Assembly (NCBI GenBank): GCA_051313645.2
Contig: JBNRSN020000003.1
Location: 439,890,001-439,954,000 of the forward strand
Length of the DNA: 64,000 bases
Direction: 5' to 3'
Source: Centroscyllium fabricii
Lineage: Eukaryota
Part shown: piece after piece, positions 12,133 through 24,582 of the stretch
Numbering within the stretch: position 1 is the first letter of the stretch
Layout: the number at the start of each line of letters is the position of its first letter
Notes under the pieces: generated by a model
The model's input: the letters and a program-made list of their open reading frames with translations, nothing else
Databases searched by the model: none
What the model was told of the DNA's origin: nothing
Translations under genes and position numbers: made by a program

Positions 12133-13740
12133 CATGCGGGACTTTGTCAAAAGCCTTACTGAAGTCCATGTAGACTACATCAACTGCACTACCCTCATCC
12201 ACGCACCTAGTCAACCCCTTGAAAAATTCAATCAAATTGGTTAGACCCGACAAAGCGATGCTGACTATCCTTGATTAATCCTTGCCTCTCCAAGTGGAGT
12301 CTAAATTCTGTCCCTCAGAATATTTTCCAATAATTTCCCCACCACTGATGTTAGGCTCACTGGCCTGTAATTCCATGGTTTATCCCTACTACCCTTCTTG
12401 AATAATGGTACAGCTCTACTACGTTAGCTGTCCTCCAGTCCTCTGGCACCTCCCCTGTGGCCAGAGAGGATCTGAAAATTTGTGTCAGAGCCCCTGCAAT
12501 CTCCTCCCTTGCCTCACACAGCAGCCAGGGATGTAGTCACTTCAAGTAATGTAGTCACAAAAGAAGTGTTTTTGTTGTAGATACCTGAATTCCGTTGCAA
12601 ATAATCCTTATACAGTAAATAAGAAATAGGAGCAAGATTAGACCATTTAGCCTGCTCCGCCATTCAATAAGATCATGGCTGATCTTCTACCTCATCTCCA
12701 CTTTCCTGCACTATCCCCATATCTCTTGATTCCCTTAATAGCCAAAAATCTATCGATCTCTGTCTTGAATATACTCAACGACTGAGCCTCCACAGCCCTC
12801 TGGGGTAGAGAATTCCAAAGGTTCATCACCCTCCGAGTGAAGATATTTCTCCTCATCTCCGTCCTAAATAGCCGACCCTTTATTCTGAGACTGTGACCGC
12901 TGGTTCTAGACTCCCCAGCCAGAGGAAACATCCTCCCTGCATCTACCCTGTCAAGCCTGTAAGAATTTTGTATGCTTCAATGAGATCACCTCTCATTCTT
13001 CTAAACTCTGGAGAATATAGGCCTAGTCTACTCAATCTCTCCTCATAGGACAATCCCCCCATCCCAGGAACTAGTCTGGTGAACCTTCGTAGCATTCCCT
13101 CTGTGGCAAGTACATCCTTCCTTAGGTAAGGAGACTAAAACTGTCCACAATACTCCAGGTGTGGGCTCACCAGGGCCCTATATAATTGCAGTAAGACCTC
13201 TTTACTCTTATACTCAAATCTTCTTGTAATAAAGGCCAACATACCATTTGCTTTCCTAATTGCTCACTATATCTGCATGTTAACTTTCAGTGATTTGTGT
13301 ACAAGGACACCCAGGTCCCTCTGAACACCAACATTTCCCAATCTCTCACCATTTAAAAAATACTCTTACTTTGTAGCGCCTGCAGGGCCTAAGAACCACG
13401 CGTGAGCCAGAGAAAACAGTTGTTTATTACATTACAGTAGCACAAGAAGAGAGTGAACCACTCGGAGCAGGCTTATTTAAACGGCCCGTCGTTGGTGAAC
13501 TCATCACGCCGGAAGTCGTGGTGACGTCATCACGTCACCCGATGGGTGGGGCTGTGCCCCGCAGAGTTTCCGAGGCGGATTCGATGTCTTGGTGGGCGTG
13601 CCGCCACAACTTCTCCATTTTTTCTACCAAAGTGAATAAGTTCACATTTCTCCACATTATATTCCATTTGCCATGTTCTTGCCCACTCACTTAGCCTGTC
13701 TATATCCCCTTGAAGCCTCTTTGCATCCTCCTCACAACAT
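12133..13740 (-). mobile_element. CR1 fragments (RT piece and 3' end)
   Basis: [13 protein letters not shown] (12071-12253) and a C-terminal ORF at 12692-12931 with a CR1 3' tail. Confidence 0.8.
13372..13608 (-). mobile_element. Solo LTR (237 bp) inserted in a CR1
   Basis: Termini TGTAGCG...CGCCACA, 4-bp TSD ACTT on both sides, and AATAAA on the minus strand near 13423. The CR1 sequence resumes across it. Confidence 0.8.
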
Positions 13741-13789
13741 ACATTCCATCCCCTCCATTTTCATTTTCCAAACCTAATTTCATTTTTAA

Positions 13790-15140
13790 ATGTTTTTTTA
13801 ATTCATTGATGGGATGTGGGCGTCGCTGGCTGGCTAGGCCTGCATTTAGTGCCCGTCCCTAATTGCCCTTGAGAAGATGGTGGTGAGCCGCCTTCTTGAA
13901 CCGCTGCAGTTGATATGGTGTAGGTACACCCACAATGTTGTTAGGAAGGGAGTTCCAGGATTTTGGCCCAGCGACAATGAAGGAGCGGCAATACAGGTCC
14001 AAGTCAGGATGGTGTGTGGCTTGGAGGGGAACTTGTAGGTGGTGCTGTTCCCATGCATCTGCTGCCCTTGTCCTTCTAAGTGGTAGAGGTCGCGGGTTTG
14101 GAAGGTGCTGTTGAAGGAGCTTTGGCGAGTTGCTGCAGGGCATCTTGTAGATGGTACACACTGCAGCCACAGTGCGCCGGAGGTGGAGGGAGTGAATGTT
14201 GAAGGTGGTGAATGGAGTGCCAATCAAGCGGCCTGCTTTATCCTGAATGGTGTCGAGTTTCTTGAGTGTTGCTGTAGCTGCACTCATCCAGGCAAGTGGA
14301 GAGTATTCCATCACACTCCTGACTTGTGCCTTGTAGATGGTGGAAAGGCTTTGGGGAGTCAGGAGGTGAGACACTCACCGCAGAATTCCCAGCCTCTGGC
14401 CTGCTCTTGTAGTCACAGTATTTATATGGCTGGTCCAGTTCAGTTTCCGATCAATGGTAACCCCCAGGATATTGATAGTGGGGGATTCAGCGATGATAAT
14501 GCCATTGAATGTCAAGGGGAGATGGTTAGAGTCTCGCTTGTTGGAGATGGTCATTGCCTGGCACTTGTGTGGTGCGAATGTTACTTGCCACTTGTCAGCC
14601 CAAGTCTGAATGTTGTCCAGGTCTTGCTGTATATGGACACAGACTGCGTCAGTATCCGACGAGTCTCGAATGGTGCTGAACAGTGTGCAATCATCGCAAA
14701 CATCCCCATTTCTGACCTTATGATGGAGGGAAGATCATTGATGAAACAGCTGAAGATGGTTGGGCCGAGGACACTGCCCTGAGGAACTCCTGCAGTGATG
14801 TCCTGTGGTTGAGATGAATGGCCTCCAACAACCACAGCCAACTTCCTTTGTGCTAGGTATGATTCCAACCAATGGAGAGTTTTCCCCTCGATTCCCATTG
14901 ACTTCAGCTTTGCCAGGGCTCCTTGATGCCACACTCAATCAAATGCTGCCTTGATGTCAAGGGCAGTCACTCTCACCTCACCTCTTGAGTTCAGCTCTTT
15001 TGTCCATGTTTGGACCAAGGCTGTAATGAGGTCAGGAGCCGAGTGGCCCTGGCGGAACCCAAACTGGGCGTCAGTTAGCAGGTTATTGCTGAGTAAGTGC
15101 CGCTTGATAGCACTGTCGACGACACCTTCCATCACTTTCT
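13790..15140 (-). mobile_element. CR1/L2-superfamily LINE (second family, YKAQVRSVMEYSPLAW type), 5'-truncated
   Basis: ALDIKAAFD, QGSVLGPTIFSCFINDL and a C-terminal ORF at 13859-14374, with an A-rich tail. Confidence 0.85.
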
Positions 15141-15379
15141 TCACTTTGTTTCTTTAGATTAACTTGTGATCTTGGCATCAAAATGAAAAATAATTCTCAG
15201 CAGCTTGGATTTCAGTCCATCAGTGTCCAATACTCAGAATGTATTCTCCAGATTTAAGAATAGTAGAAACTAGACCTTTGACCAATTAAATTTTGACCCC
15301 CTGATCTCTGCATTCCAAGATCCAACACAAATAGCGAATATTAAAACAAAATCTGGCCATGACTCCCACTTTTAGGGAG

Positions 15380-17125
15380 AATGCGAGAGTCTATTATAAA
15401 GGATGTAATAACAGGACACTTAGAAAAAAATCAATGGGATTAGACAAAGTCAACATGGATTTATGAACGGGAAATTGTGTTTGACAAACCTACTGGAGAT
15501 TTTTGAGGATGTAACTGGTAGAATAGATAAGGGAGAACCAGTGGATGTGGTGTATTTGGATTTTCAGAAGGCCTTTGATAAAGTCCCACATAAGAGGTTA
15601 GTGTGCAAAATTAAAGCACATGGGATTGGGGGTAATATACTGGCTTGGACTGAAAATTGGTTAACAGACAGAAAACAGAGAGTAGGAATAAATGGGTCTT
15701 TTTCAGGATGGCAGGCGGTGGCTAGTGGGGTACCGCAGGGATCAGTGCTTGGGCCCCAGCTATTCACAATATATCTCAATGATTTGGATGAGGGAACCAA
15801 ATGTAATATTTCCAAGTTTGCAGATGACACAAAACTAGGTGGGATTGTGAGGAGGATGCAAAGAGGCTTCAAGGCAATTTAGACAAGTTGAGTGAGTGGG
15901 CAAATACATGGCAGATGCAGTATAACGTGGATAAATGTGAAGTCATCCACTTCGGTAGAAAAAACAGAAAGGCAGAGTATTATTTAAATGGTGCTAGATT
16001 GGGACATGTTGATGTACAGAGGGACCTGGGTTCGGGCAGTCGGACGGCGTGGCGGGGCGCGGTGCTGTTCCGGCTCCGGCCTGCTGGGGTGCAGTCTCTT
16101 CGCTCTCGTTGGGGAGGTTCGGGTTCCGGTGGGCGGCATGGCCCTTCTCTCAAGGTGCTTTTTGCCGGTGTTTGGCACAAGGGAAACACTAAAGTTTGGT
16201 GTTTCCTTTGTGCCAAACGCTGGCGGGGGGCGTTTTGGGAGAGGGGTCATGCCGCCCGCCGGGGCCCGGGCCTCCCCGGTGGGAGCGGAGAGATTGTGTT
16301 TCAGTGGGCTGGAGCTGGGGCGGCGCCGCGCCCCGTCGTGCCGTCTGGCCGCCCGAGCCCCGTCAGCCCCCCTCCCCCCCACGCACCCCCGTCGGCCCCC
16401 CTCCCCCCGCCAGCAACACACACACTTCAATTCGATGTCCATCTCCCGCGTTGCTCCGCTTAGTCCAGCCTAGTGACTAAACTGAACTATTAAGCGGAGA
16501 AGCGCAAGAGATGAACACCAAACAAAAGCATATATACTGCTGGCGGCGGGGGTGCGCAATCAAGTTCAAGCCTTGCGTCTGTGCCTCGAGCGCCCTTTCT
16601 CGACGTGGGCGGTGAGGGGGAGGCACAGACGCAAGCCCTACGTCTGTGCCTCGTTAAACGGCTTCCGTCTGTGCCTCGTTGAATGAGGCACAGACGGAAA
16701 CAAGCGGTCCAGCCAGAAAAAAGCGTTATTTAAGGAGGAAGCGCAAATCGTTGCGCAGCCCGGTAAAATTGTCCCGCGGACCGGTGCCGGTCCGCGGTTG
16801 GGGACCACTGGTCTAGAACGAGGGGATCACAGTCTCAGGATACGGGGTAGGACATTTAGGACTGAAATGAGGAGAAATTTCTTCACTCAAGAGGGCGGTG
16901 AACCTGTGGAATTCTCTACCACAGAAAGCTGTGGAGGCCAAGTTACTGAATATACTTAAGAAGGAGATGGATAGATTTCTAGACACAAAAGGCATCAAGG
17001 GGTATGGGGAGAGAGCGGGAATATGGTATTGAGAGAGAGGATCAGCCATGATCATATTGAATGGCCGAGCAGGCTCGAAGGGCCGAATGGCCGACTCCTG
17101 CTCCTACGTTTCTATGTTTCTATAT
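15380..17125 (+). mobile_element. CR1 RT fragment interrupted by a hAT-type element
   Basis: ORF 15463-15882 carries RT motifs. The 3' end with a (TTTCTATG) tail lies at 16811-17125. Confidence 0.85.
16030..16810. mobile_element. GC-rich hAT-type non-autonomous element, one end lost
   Basis: The right terminus GGTTGGGGACCACTG is the reverse complement of the TIR seen at 9140 and 27465. Confidence 0.65.
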
Positions 17126-17787
17126 TTTGGTCACTATCCAGTGACAACTTTGGAAAGTGCAGGCATGCAGATTTGAAATGAAGACAGCATGGGTCTCAGC
17201 TTAGATACCCCTGTGGTGGAATAACTGGTGACACTCCATGTCTAGACACGCAGATGAAAAAAGGCCACTTCGGCAAGGTGCCAGAGGATGACTGAACGGC
17301 CAGTGAGAAATCAATGACTTCAGGAGAGGAGGGAAGGGGCATGAAAAATTGGTAGAAAAAATTATAAAGCCCTTATAAAAATAGAAGAATGTGTCAAAAT
17401 GGGAACCCAACATATTTATATACAGATAAAAACAGACAGTGGATTGCACAGTATTTTCAAAAATTAGAGTCTTGCATATCCCCCAAAAATATTCGGCACA
17501 TAAGTACAGCAGCTAATTTCTCAGATTTAAAAATTCATGAATTGCCAGTCTGAAACTAGACCAATACCAGTATATTTAGGAATGGACAAGTCAATGCATC
17601 AGAATACCAATACAGCTTTACTGAGAATCGAGAGTTATAAAAAAAGTGGACAAATTCACTATAAGGAGGAGGGAATGTAATTTTTAAAACTAGAAGAAAA
17701 ACTTGCTTTCGTCCTTCCTGATTTTAATTTTTAACAATGTGCCTCACCCCAACCTCAGAAGAGTGCCTCCTGCTGCACCAACATAAC

Positions 17788-18483
17788 GGCCCAGAAATTC
17801 CAATGGCCCCGGGGCCCAACGCGTGAGTACGGATGGTATACTCACGCGTCAGGCTATCGGAATTGCCGGTTTCCGGCATACACCGCGCATGCGCGCGAAA
17901 CCGGCAATTCCGATCCCCTGTCCGACTTTCTTCCAAGTTTTTTATCTGTGTAAGTATCGGGAAAGTTACGGATGAAAAAATCAGCCGTAACAACCCCTTT
18001 TCATCAGGTAAGTCTTTATTTTATTCAACGTAGACATTTTTTCCACAGGTTTTTCATTTTTAAATAATTTAAACAAAGGCGAGTTGTTTTCAGACTGGTT
18101 AAACAGAATTATTTTATTTTTTAATTTTATTTTTGGTTTAAAATAGCTAATTTATGTTATAGCTAGTAATTTTTTTTAAATGTGTGGTTTTTAAAAAAAA
18201 TTATTTTAATGTTTCGTGTGGTTTTGAGGCTCATACGTTTGACAGATCTTTGTCAAACTTATGAATGGAGCATTCTTTGCTCTGATTGGCTCCCCGCGGA
18301 TCACGTGATCCCGCGGGAAGCTTCGCACCAACAACGCCGTTCAGATGCGGCAGCGCGGGGGGCTTGCAGCTCGACCAGAAATCGGGATTTCAAATCCCAG
18401 AAGAGGAGAAACTTCTGTGCGCTCCGTAAGTGTGGGTTGGAGGCTGGCGCTCGCGGGAAGCCTCCAACCCGAATTTCTGGGCC
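17788..18483. mobile_element. PIF/Harbinger-type MITE
   Basis: 13-bp TIR GGCCCAGAAATTC / GAATTTCTGGGCC and 3-bp TSD AAC on both sides. Confidence 0.8.
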
Positions 18484-20327
18484 AACATTTTATCCATCCT
18501 TTGAACCGTCCAAGTAACATTGACAGTTAGTGCCCAATTAGGGGCAACTTTGTGCTGTAGGTCAATATCCACTAGAAAATGGACTGACACTGCACTGCAC
18601 ATTCCAGTGTTGTGCAATAGAAATTGCTGACACGCCATAGGTGTGGCTACGGCAACAATTTTGCCACATGCATTAATTTTAATGGAAAACGCCTTACACA
18701 CAATACAGGTATTGCGCCACGTCTATATTTACTTAGCATGCATCTACCACCATTCGCTGTGAAGCTTGCAATCTTTCTCTTTCACCAAGGTTTTTATCCA
18801 GCTGTTGCGAGCAGTACTTTGACTTCATCAGTGATTGCGGAGAAAGTTGACTCGCACAAGGAGACAGGCCAGACCCTCCCCGCCCGCCACCTGGAACAAG
18901 CTTAGAGGCTGCTTGTCCTCATTGGTGGCCGTCCCTTCAGCTTCTGAGACCCTAGGCTCTGAGATTCCCTCCCCAAGCCCTCCAGTCTCTCCAAATCCCT
19001 CCACTTCTGTAAGACCCACAATTTTGACCAAGCTCTTAGTCACCCTTGCTAAGAATTTTTTTTCTTTGTCTCGGTGTCTATTGTTTTTGGAATTAAGCCT
19101 CTGATGCGCCTTATGGCATTTTTCTACATTAATTGCTGTATAAATGCAAGCTGTTGTTATTGTACAACTTTTTAACCTCAGTGGCTGGGATGTATCTTTT
19201 TTTAAGATATCAAAGACTGAACATGCGATGTGTTACATTTAAACTGTACAAGTTAAAATATGTAAATACGATACTTTGGATAACTTCATCACGTGGTTAT
19301 GGAACATTTTAATGAGTTATAATTGTAATGAAACTACCCTAGTGTACATGTTTTAAACAGGAGATTTGTGTGAACATTTTCACAACAATTAAAATACTTC
19401 ACAGCAAACAGGAGATTCAGCCAGTAGACCTTACACTGTGCATGGATGATGTACAAGCAGATTTTTGAAGTGTATGTTATTTGTCCAGCACCAGTAGAAG
19501 TGTTTGATGTTGGCTATTGTCTTTATATTTGACAAGATCCTGACAGGCTCCAAGCAGATAATAATGATGCATGGTATCTTGTTAATATAAAAAATGTAGC
19601 CAACATTAATATACAATATTTAATATGTATCCAACATTATATACAATATATAATATAGTTAGATATTGTGTTACATTTACTTTAGTGATCCCAACTTATG
19701 CACTTCTTCATTTGACCAGGGCACTGGAGAATTACAACTGTTAATAACAAGAAGTCAACTAGTACACAGAGGATGGTACTGGCATCTAGTGTCAAAATCC
19801 AAACAAACAATGAACCGTCCCAGGATTGCTGAATTCTCCTTCCACCATCATCATCATACCTCTCAATAGATACAGCATAAACCATTTTAAATAAGTTTGC
19901 ATTATTGCAGCTTTATTCACAGATCAATTAAGAGTCCATTTTTTTACTCAGATTTGATTTTAGATCGTCATCAGCTTGATTTCAGATCGCCATCAGCTTG
20001 AATTCACTCATGTGGCATGGATTTAACATCCAAATATAGTGGGGGGGAAATTGCGGTTGGAGACTTGCCACAGGTGAACCCCTCCGAACCGCAAGAAAAC
20101 TCTGCACCTATCCGATTCGTCTCGACCTTTGAACATTTGCGCTCCTGGGCCTGCAGGCATACGCTCGCGTAAAGACCCACGTATCCCAGGGACGCATGAC
20201 GTTCGCAAGCATCCCTGGGATCACATGGGCCAGCCCAACCAATGACAAAGGGGGATTCGTATTATGCTTATGGGGTTTCCATTTACATATGGAATCCCAA
20301 TAAGCTCAAGTTCAAGTTTCCTTTATT

Positions 20328-21360
20328 TGTCACATACCTCATTATCCATGTACAAAGTGCAGTGAAATGCTTAGTCGCAAGCTCCATGTCTGTGCTCTCT
20401 GGATAACAATAAATACAAATACAGGTTCAGCACCGGTAATCCGTTTCCCGGAAAGCCGGCAGCTTCAGTTTCACGGCATAAATTGCCCCAAATGCCATGT
20501 GCATGCGCAAAATGGCCACTGCGATCGAGGCTTCGGCGAATGATCTGCGCATGCACAGATCATTCAAAACGGCCGCTGGACGAGCCGGGCCTTCCGTGGC
20601 GTCAGGGCGTGGCGGCTCGCGCCGCGTTTTGAATGTGCGACTCCCGAGCGCCCGCCATAGTGAAGCGCGCGGTTCCCCGGAGCAGCCTGCTGGCCATCAT
20701 CAGGAGGCACAAACCGCAGCTGAGACTCCGCAAGGACGTTCGGCGGCCATTTCCAATGTTGTGCGCATGCGCGCAGCCATTTTGAATGGTGCGCGCATGC
20801 GCACTGACCGACTTCATTCTGCCGGTTTTTTCACTTTCCCGGCACGGGCCTGGTCCCGCCCGTGCCGGATTTCCGGTGCTCAACCTGTAATAATTACAAG
20901 AAGAAAAAGGCATTCAATCGTCAGGGAGCAGTATACCGACCCTTGGCAGCGTCTTCATTTAGGATCCGGATGGCTTGGGGATAAAAGCTCCTCCTAAGCC
21001 TCTCTGTGTTGGTCTTCATGCTGTGGTAACGTTTTCCTGACCGCAGCAGTGAGAAGAGGCCGTTGTTCGGGTGACTAGGATCCTTAATGACCTTCTTAGC
21101 CTTAGACATGCATCGCCTGCTGTAGATATCCGGCAGGTTAGGGAGTGCACCCCCGGTGGTACGTTCTGCCGACCGTACTACCATCTGCAGGGCCCTACGG
21201 TCTTGTTTAATGCTGTTACCATACCAGGCGGTGATGCTCCCAGACAGGATACTCTCAATAGTACATTTATAAAAGTTGTTTAGTATTTGGGGGTACATTC
21301 TAAATTTCCTCAGGCTTCTGAGATGGTAAAGACGCTGCCGCGCCTTCTTCACCAAGGTGT
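20328..21360 (-). mobile_element. Rex1/Babar LINE 3' fragment
   Basis: ORF 20921-21355 (KKARQRLYHLRSLRKF...FYKCTIESIL...WYGN...SFYPQAIRILN) is the Rex-type C-terminus, with a (TTGAAC)n-like tail. Confidence 0.85.
20422..20887. mobile_element. Tc1/mariner (Tigger-like) MITE
   Basis: TIRs CAGGTTCAGCACCGG / CCGGTGCTCAACCTG flanked by TA. Partial relatives start at about 8613 and 11047. Confidence 0.85.
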
Positions 21361-21809
21361 CTTAATAGCAAGCCCCGAAAAAATACATTTTCACAATACT
21401 GAACTAAAAATAAATCATCACCAGGTTAAAAATTAATTAAAATACCATTGAAATTTTTTTTTTATGAAGTAAATTTAAACATTTTTAAATGGGACAAAAA
21501 TAACCTAAAATTAATTTTAAATGGAAGGGAATGTTTAAATGATTTTTTAAATTTTAACATTCATGTAAACCCTTACACCTGCTTTTACCAGGCGTAAGGG
21601 TTTGGTGGGTATTCGCGAGGCAACTCTGCGCCAGCGAATGTCAATTTCCAGCAGTTGCATACGATCGATCGGTCAAGCAGAAATTTGACAGATCGTAAGT
21701 TCCGGGTTTTCGCACATGCATATCCCATGCAGAAGCCTAGAACTTGCGGGGCACTTACGGCGTTGTGCGTATGCCATCAGAGGCCCCGTAAAATCCGGCC
21801 AGTAATTAC

Positions 21810-22185
21810 ACAGAAACACACAGAAGATAGGAGCAGGAGTCGGCCATTCGGCCCTTCGAGCCTGCTCCGCCATTGTGATGAGATCATGGCTGATCATCCA
21901 AACCCAGCACCCCCCTCCTACCCTCTCCCCATATCCCCCGACACCCCCAACTCTAAGAACTATATCTCACACACATACTCATGGGCATTTTTTTTTTATT
22001 ATTATCTCCAGTTCACCTAACCTGCATGTCTTTGGGTGGTGGGAGGAAACCGGAGTACCCGGAGGAAACCCACACGAACACGGGGAGAACATGCAAACTC
22101 CACGCACAGAGGTCCCGGGCCAAGCAGGATTCGAACCCAGGAGCTCCTTATTGCGAGGCAGCAGTGCTAACCACTGCGCCACCGT
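21810..22185 (-). mobile_element. V-SINE (variant subfamily)
   Basis: tRNA head (GGTGGCGCAGTGG...GGTTCGAATCC), V domain and CR1-like tail. Confidence 0.85.
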
Positions 22186-22339
22186 GTCGTCCTATTAATC
22201 TAATCATCTCTGCATTACCACTCACCCCCTGCCCCTAAATAAAATACTCAAGCAATTGACCATATCCAAAATCAAGTATACATTTGTTTCCAACACTCTT
22301 GCACTCCCCCACCCCACTACTCCATAATGATAAATGTAC

Positions 22340-22600
22340 GAAGTCACACAACACCAGGTTATAGTCCAACAGCTTTATTTGAAGTCACAAGCTATCAGAG
22401 CGCTGCTCCTTCGACAGGTGAAGTGAAGAGATGCATATAGGCACAGCATAGCTATTTGCCTATATGCATCTCTTCACTTCACCTGACGAAGGAGCAGTGC
22501 TCCGAAAGCTTGTGATTTCGAATAAAGCTGTTGGACTATAACCTGGTGTTATGTGACTTCTTACAATTGTCCACCCCAGTCCAACACCGGCACCTCCACA
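22340..22600. mobile_element. Penelope-derived terminal repeat in inverted (fold-back) duplication
   Basis: Arms of about 100 bp (22340-22444 vs 22457-22560) are near-perfect reverse complements and contain a hammerhead core. Confidence 0.75.
22479..22514 (+). ncRNA. Minimal type I hammerhead ribozyme motif
   Basis: TCAC-CTGACGA-A-GGAGC-AGT-GCTCC-GAA-AGCT-T-GTGA gives stem I TCAC/GTGA, cores CUGANGA and GAAA, and palindromic stem III AGCU. Confidence 0.75.
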
Positions 22601-23552
22601 CCATAATAAGATAAGATATGAGCAGCTAAGCAGCAGAGTTTTGGATCAGCTGAAGTTTAGAGGGGGGAAGGATGGGATGCCAGCATTGGAATAGTAGAGC
22701 CTGGAGGTGACAAAGGGAGGGTTTTAGCAGCAGATGGGTGAAGGTGGGCAATGTTCTGGAGGCCTTTGTGATGAAGAGGACATGGGGGCGCGTTATTCAA
22801 AGGTGCGTACAAGTCAGCTGTTGATAAAAGGCACAACGTTTTCAGACAACTTGCAGGAGACAGTTCGAGACCGCGTAATTTTTCCACGTGTAAAAATCAC
22901 AATCAGAAATTTGTCTCAAGAACTGAAGACATTTTGTAAGTTGGATCACTGACCAATACTAAACTAGCATTGTACTAAATCACTGATAACACAGGTTTAA
23001 TTATAAAATCGGATAGAATTCTATATTTACTCTGGCTTGAAAAGAACAGCTGAGTGTAGACGACAGTATACGTCAAAACATAAAATCAGAATAAGTCCTC
23101 AATGAATAAAGTTTAGTGAACAAAGGTTCACTTTAGACATTACTGCAATAAATATTCCATTATATTATTACTCATTAGAACTTCTGGTGTTCTTAGAGCA
23201 GGGGCATTCTCCCCAGTGGCCTGACCAATAGTCATCACTCACCCAGCACCTCATAAACAGATTATCTGGTCATTATCTCATTGCTGTTTGTGGGACCTTG
23301 CTATGCGCAAATTGGCTGCCGTGTTTCCTACATTACAAGAGTAACTACACTTCAAAAGTACTTCATTGGCTGTAAAGCACTTTGGGATGTCCAGAGGTCG
23401 TGAAAGGCGCTATATAAATGAAAGTTCTTGCTTTCTATTCTGCTCATTTCCTCTCCTGTTCTAGACAATTTGGCACAGAACAAATAGACTTCTTGCATTT
23501 TCTAGAAAATGTAACAATTCTTAACAGTTACATTTCTGGTAATACTAAAAAA

Positions 23553-23963
23553 AAAGAAAAAGACTTACATTTATATAGTACCTTCCACGACCTCGGGACG
23601 TCCCAAAGCGTTTTACAGCCAATTAAGTACACTTTTTTTTGAAGAGTAGTCACCAGTTTTAATGTAGGAAATGTGGCAGCACATCAAAGTTCCACAGACA
23701 GAAATGCGATACTGACCAGATAATCTGTTTGTTTATGTGTTGGGTGAGGGATCAATATTGGCCAGGACACCGGGGAAATTTCCGCTGCTCTTCTTCGAAA
23801 TAATGCCATGGATCTTTTACATCCACCCGAGAGTGAAGACAGGCCTCGGTTTAATGTCTCATTCGAAAGACCAGGCGGACACTCCCTCAGTACTGCACTG
23901 GGCGAGTCAGCATGGATTATCTGCCCAAGGCTATAGAGTGGGGACTTGAGCCCACTCCTACTA

Positions 23964-23994
<31 letters not shown>

Positions 23995-23995
23995 G
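23553..23995 (-). mobile_element. DeuSINE (SacSINE1/AmnSINE1-like)
   Basis: tRNA-like head GGCTCAGTGGGTAGCACTCTTGCC, Deu/Nin-like core TTAAACCGAGGCC...TAAAAGATCCATGGCATTATTTCGAAGAAGAGCAG, and L2-like tail. A second copy lies at about 60040-60265. Confidence 0.7.
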
Positions 23996-24186
23996 CAGCA
24001 GACACCGTGCTGCTTTTGGGTTTTTAAAGGTGCCACGTCTACGTTCCAAACATAAATTCTCACATTAAGTTTCAGATTTAAACGTAATCTACCAGAAATC
24101 TCTCATTGTTTATAATCTGCAACAAGAATAGACGAAAAACTGTCAACGACACTTCAAATCACTGAAACAGCAATTGGTTGGCAAAA

Positions 24187-24582
24187 GGGCGGCACGGTGG
24201 CACACTGGTTAGCACTGTTGTCTCACAGCACTGGAGACCCGGGTTCAAATCCAGCCTCGGGTACTATCTGTGTGGAGTTTGCACATTCTCCCCGTGTCTG
24301 CGTGGGTTTCCTCCGGGTGCTCCGGTTTCCTCCCACAGTCCAAAGATGTGCGGGTTAGGTTGATTGGCCAGGATAAATTGACCCTTAGTGTTAGGGGGAT
24401 TAAATATGTGGGGTTACGGGGATAGGGTGGGATATGTGTTGATGCAGGCTCAATAGGGATATGGGGAGAGGGCAGGGGCGGGATACTGGGTTTGGATGAT
24501 CAGCCATGATCTCATTGAATGGCAGAGCAGGCTCGAAGGGCCGAATGGCCTACTCCTGCTCCTAGTTTCTATGTTTCTATGT
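24187..24582 (+). mobile_element. HE1-like V-SINE
   Basis: Full head, V domain and tail; near-identical to 4671-5073. Confidence 0.9.

Larger units (their letters stand above)
20041..21800. mobile_element. Harbinger-like MITE split by a Rex/Babar LINE
   Basis: Imperfect termini GGGGGGGAAATTGCGG / CCGTAAAATCCGGCC with AGT on both flanks. Internal sequence resembles 17788-18483. Confidence 0.5.

Noticed and set aside
15888-16480. Cluster of 150-190-aa ORFs with CpG-island-like composition
   Set aside because: GC-rich interior of a hAT-type insertion within a CR1; low-complexity translations, not a host promoter or gene.
19431-19616. Possible CAMSAP1 exon 2
   Set aside because: It does not encode the expected DNIPEDLRDPFYVDQYEQEHIKP-like sequence; exon 2 is probably outside the window.
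24187-24260. tRNA-like sequences with A and B boxes (many copies)
   Set aside because: These are SINE heads followed by a V domain, not tRNA genes.
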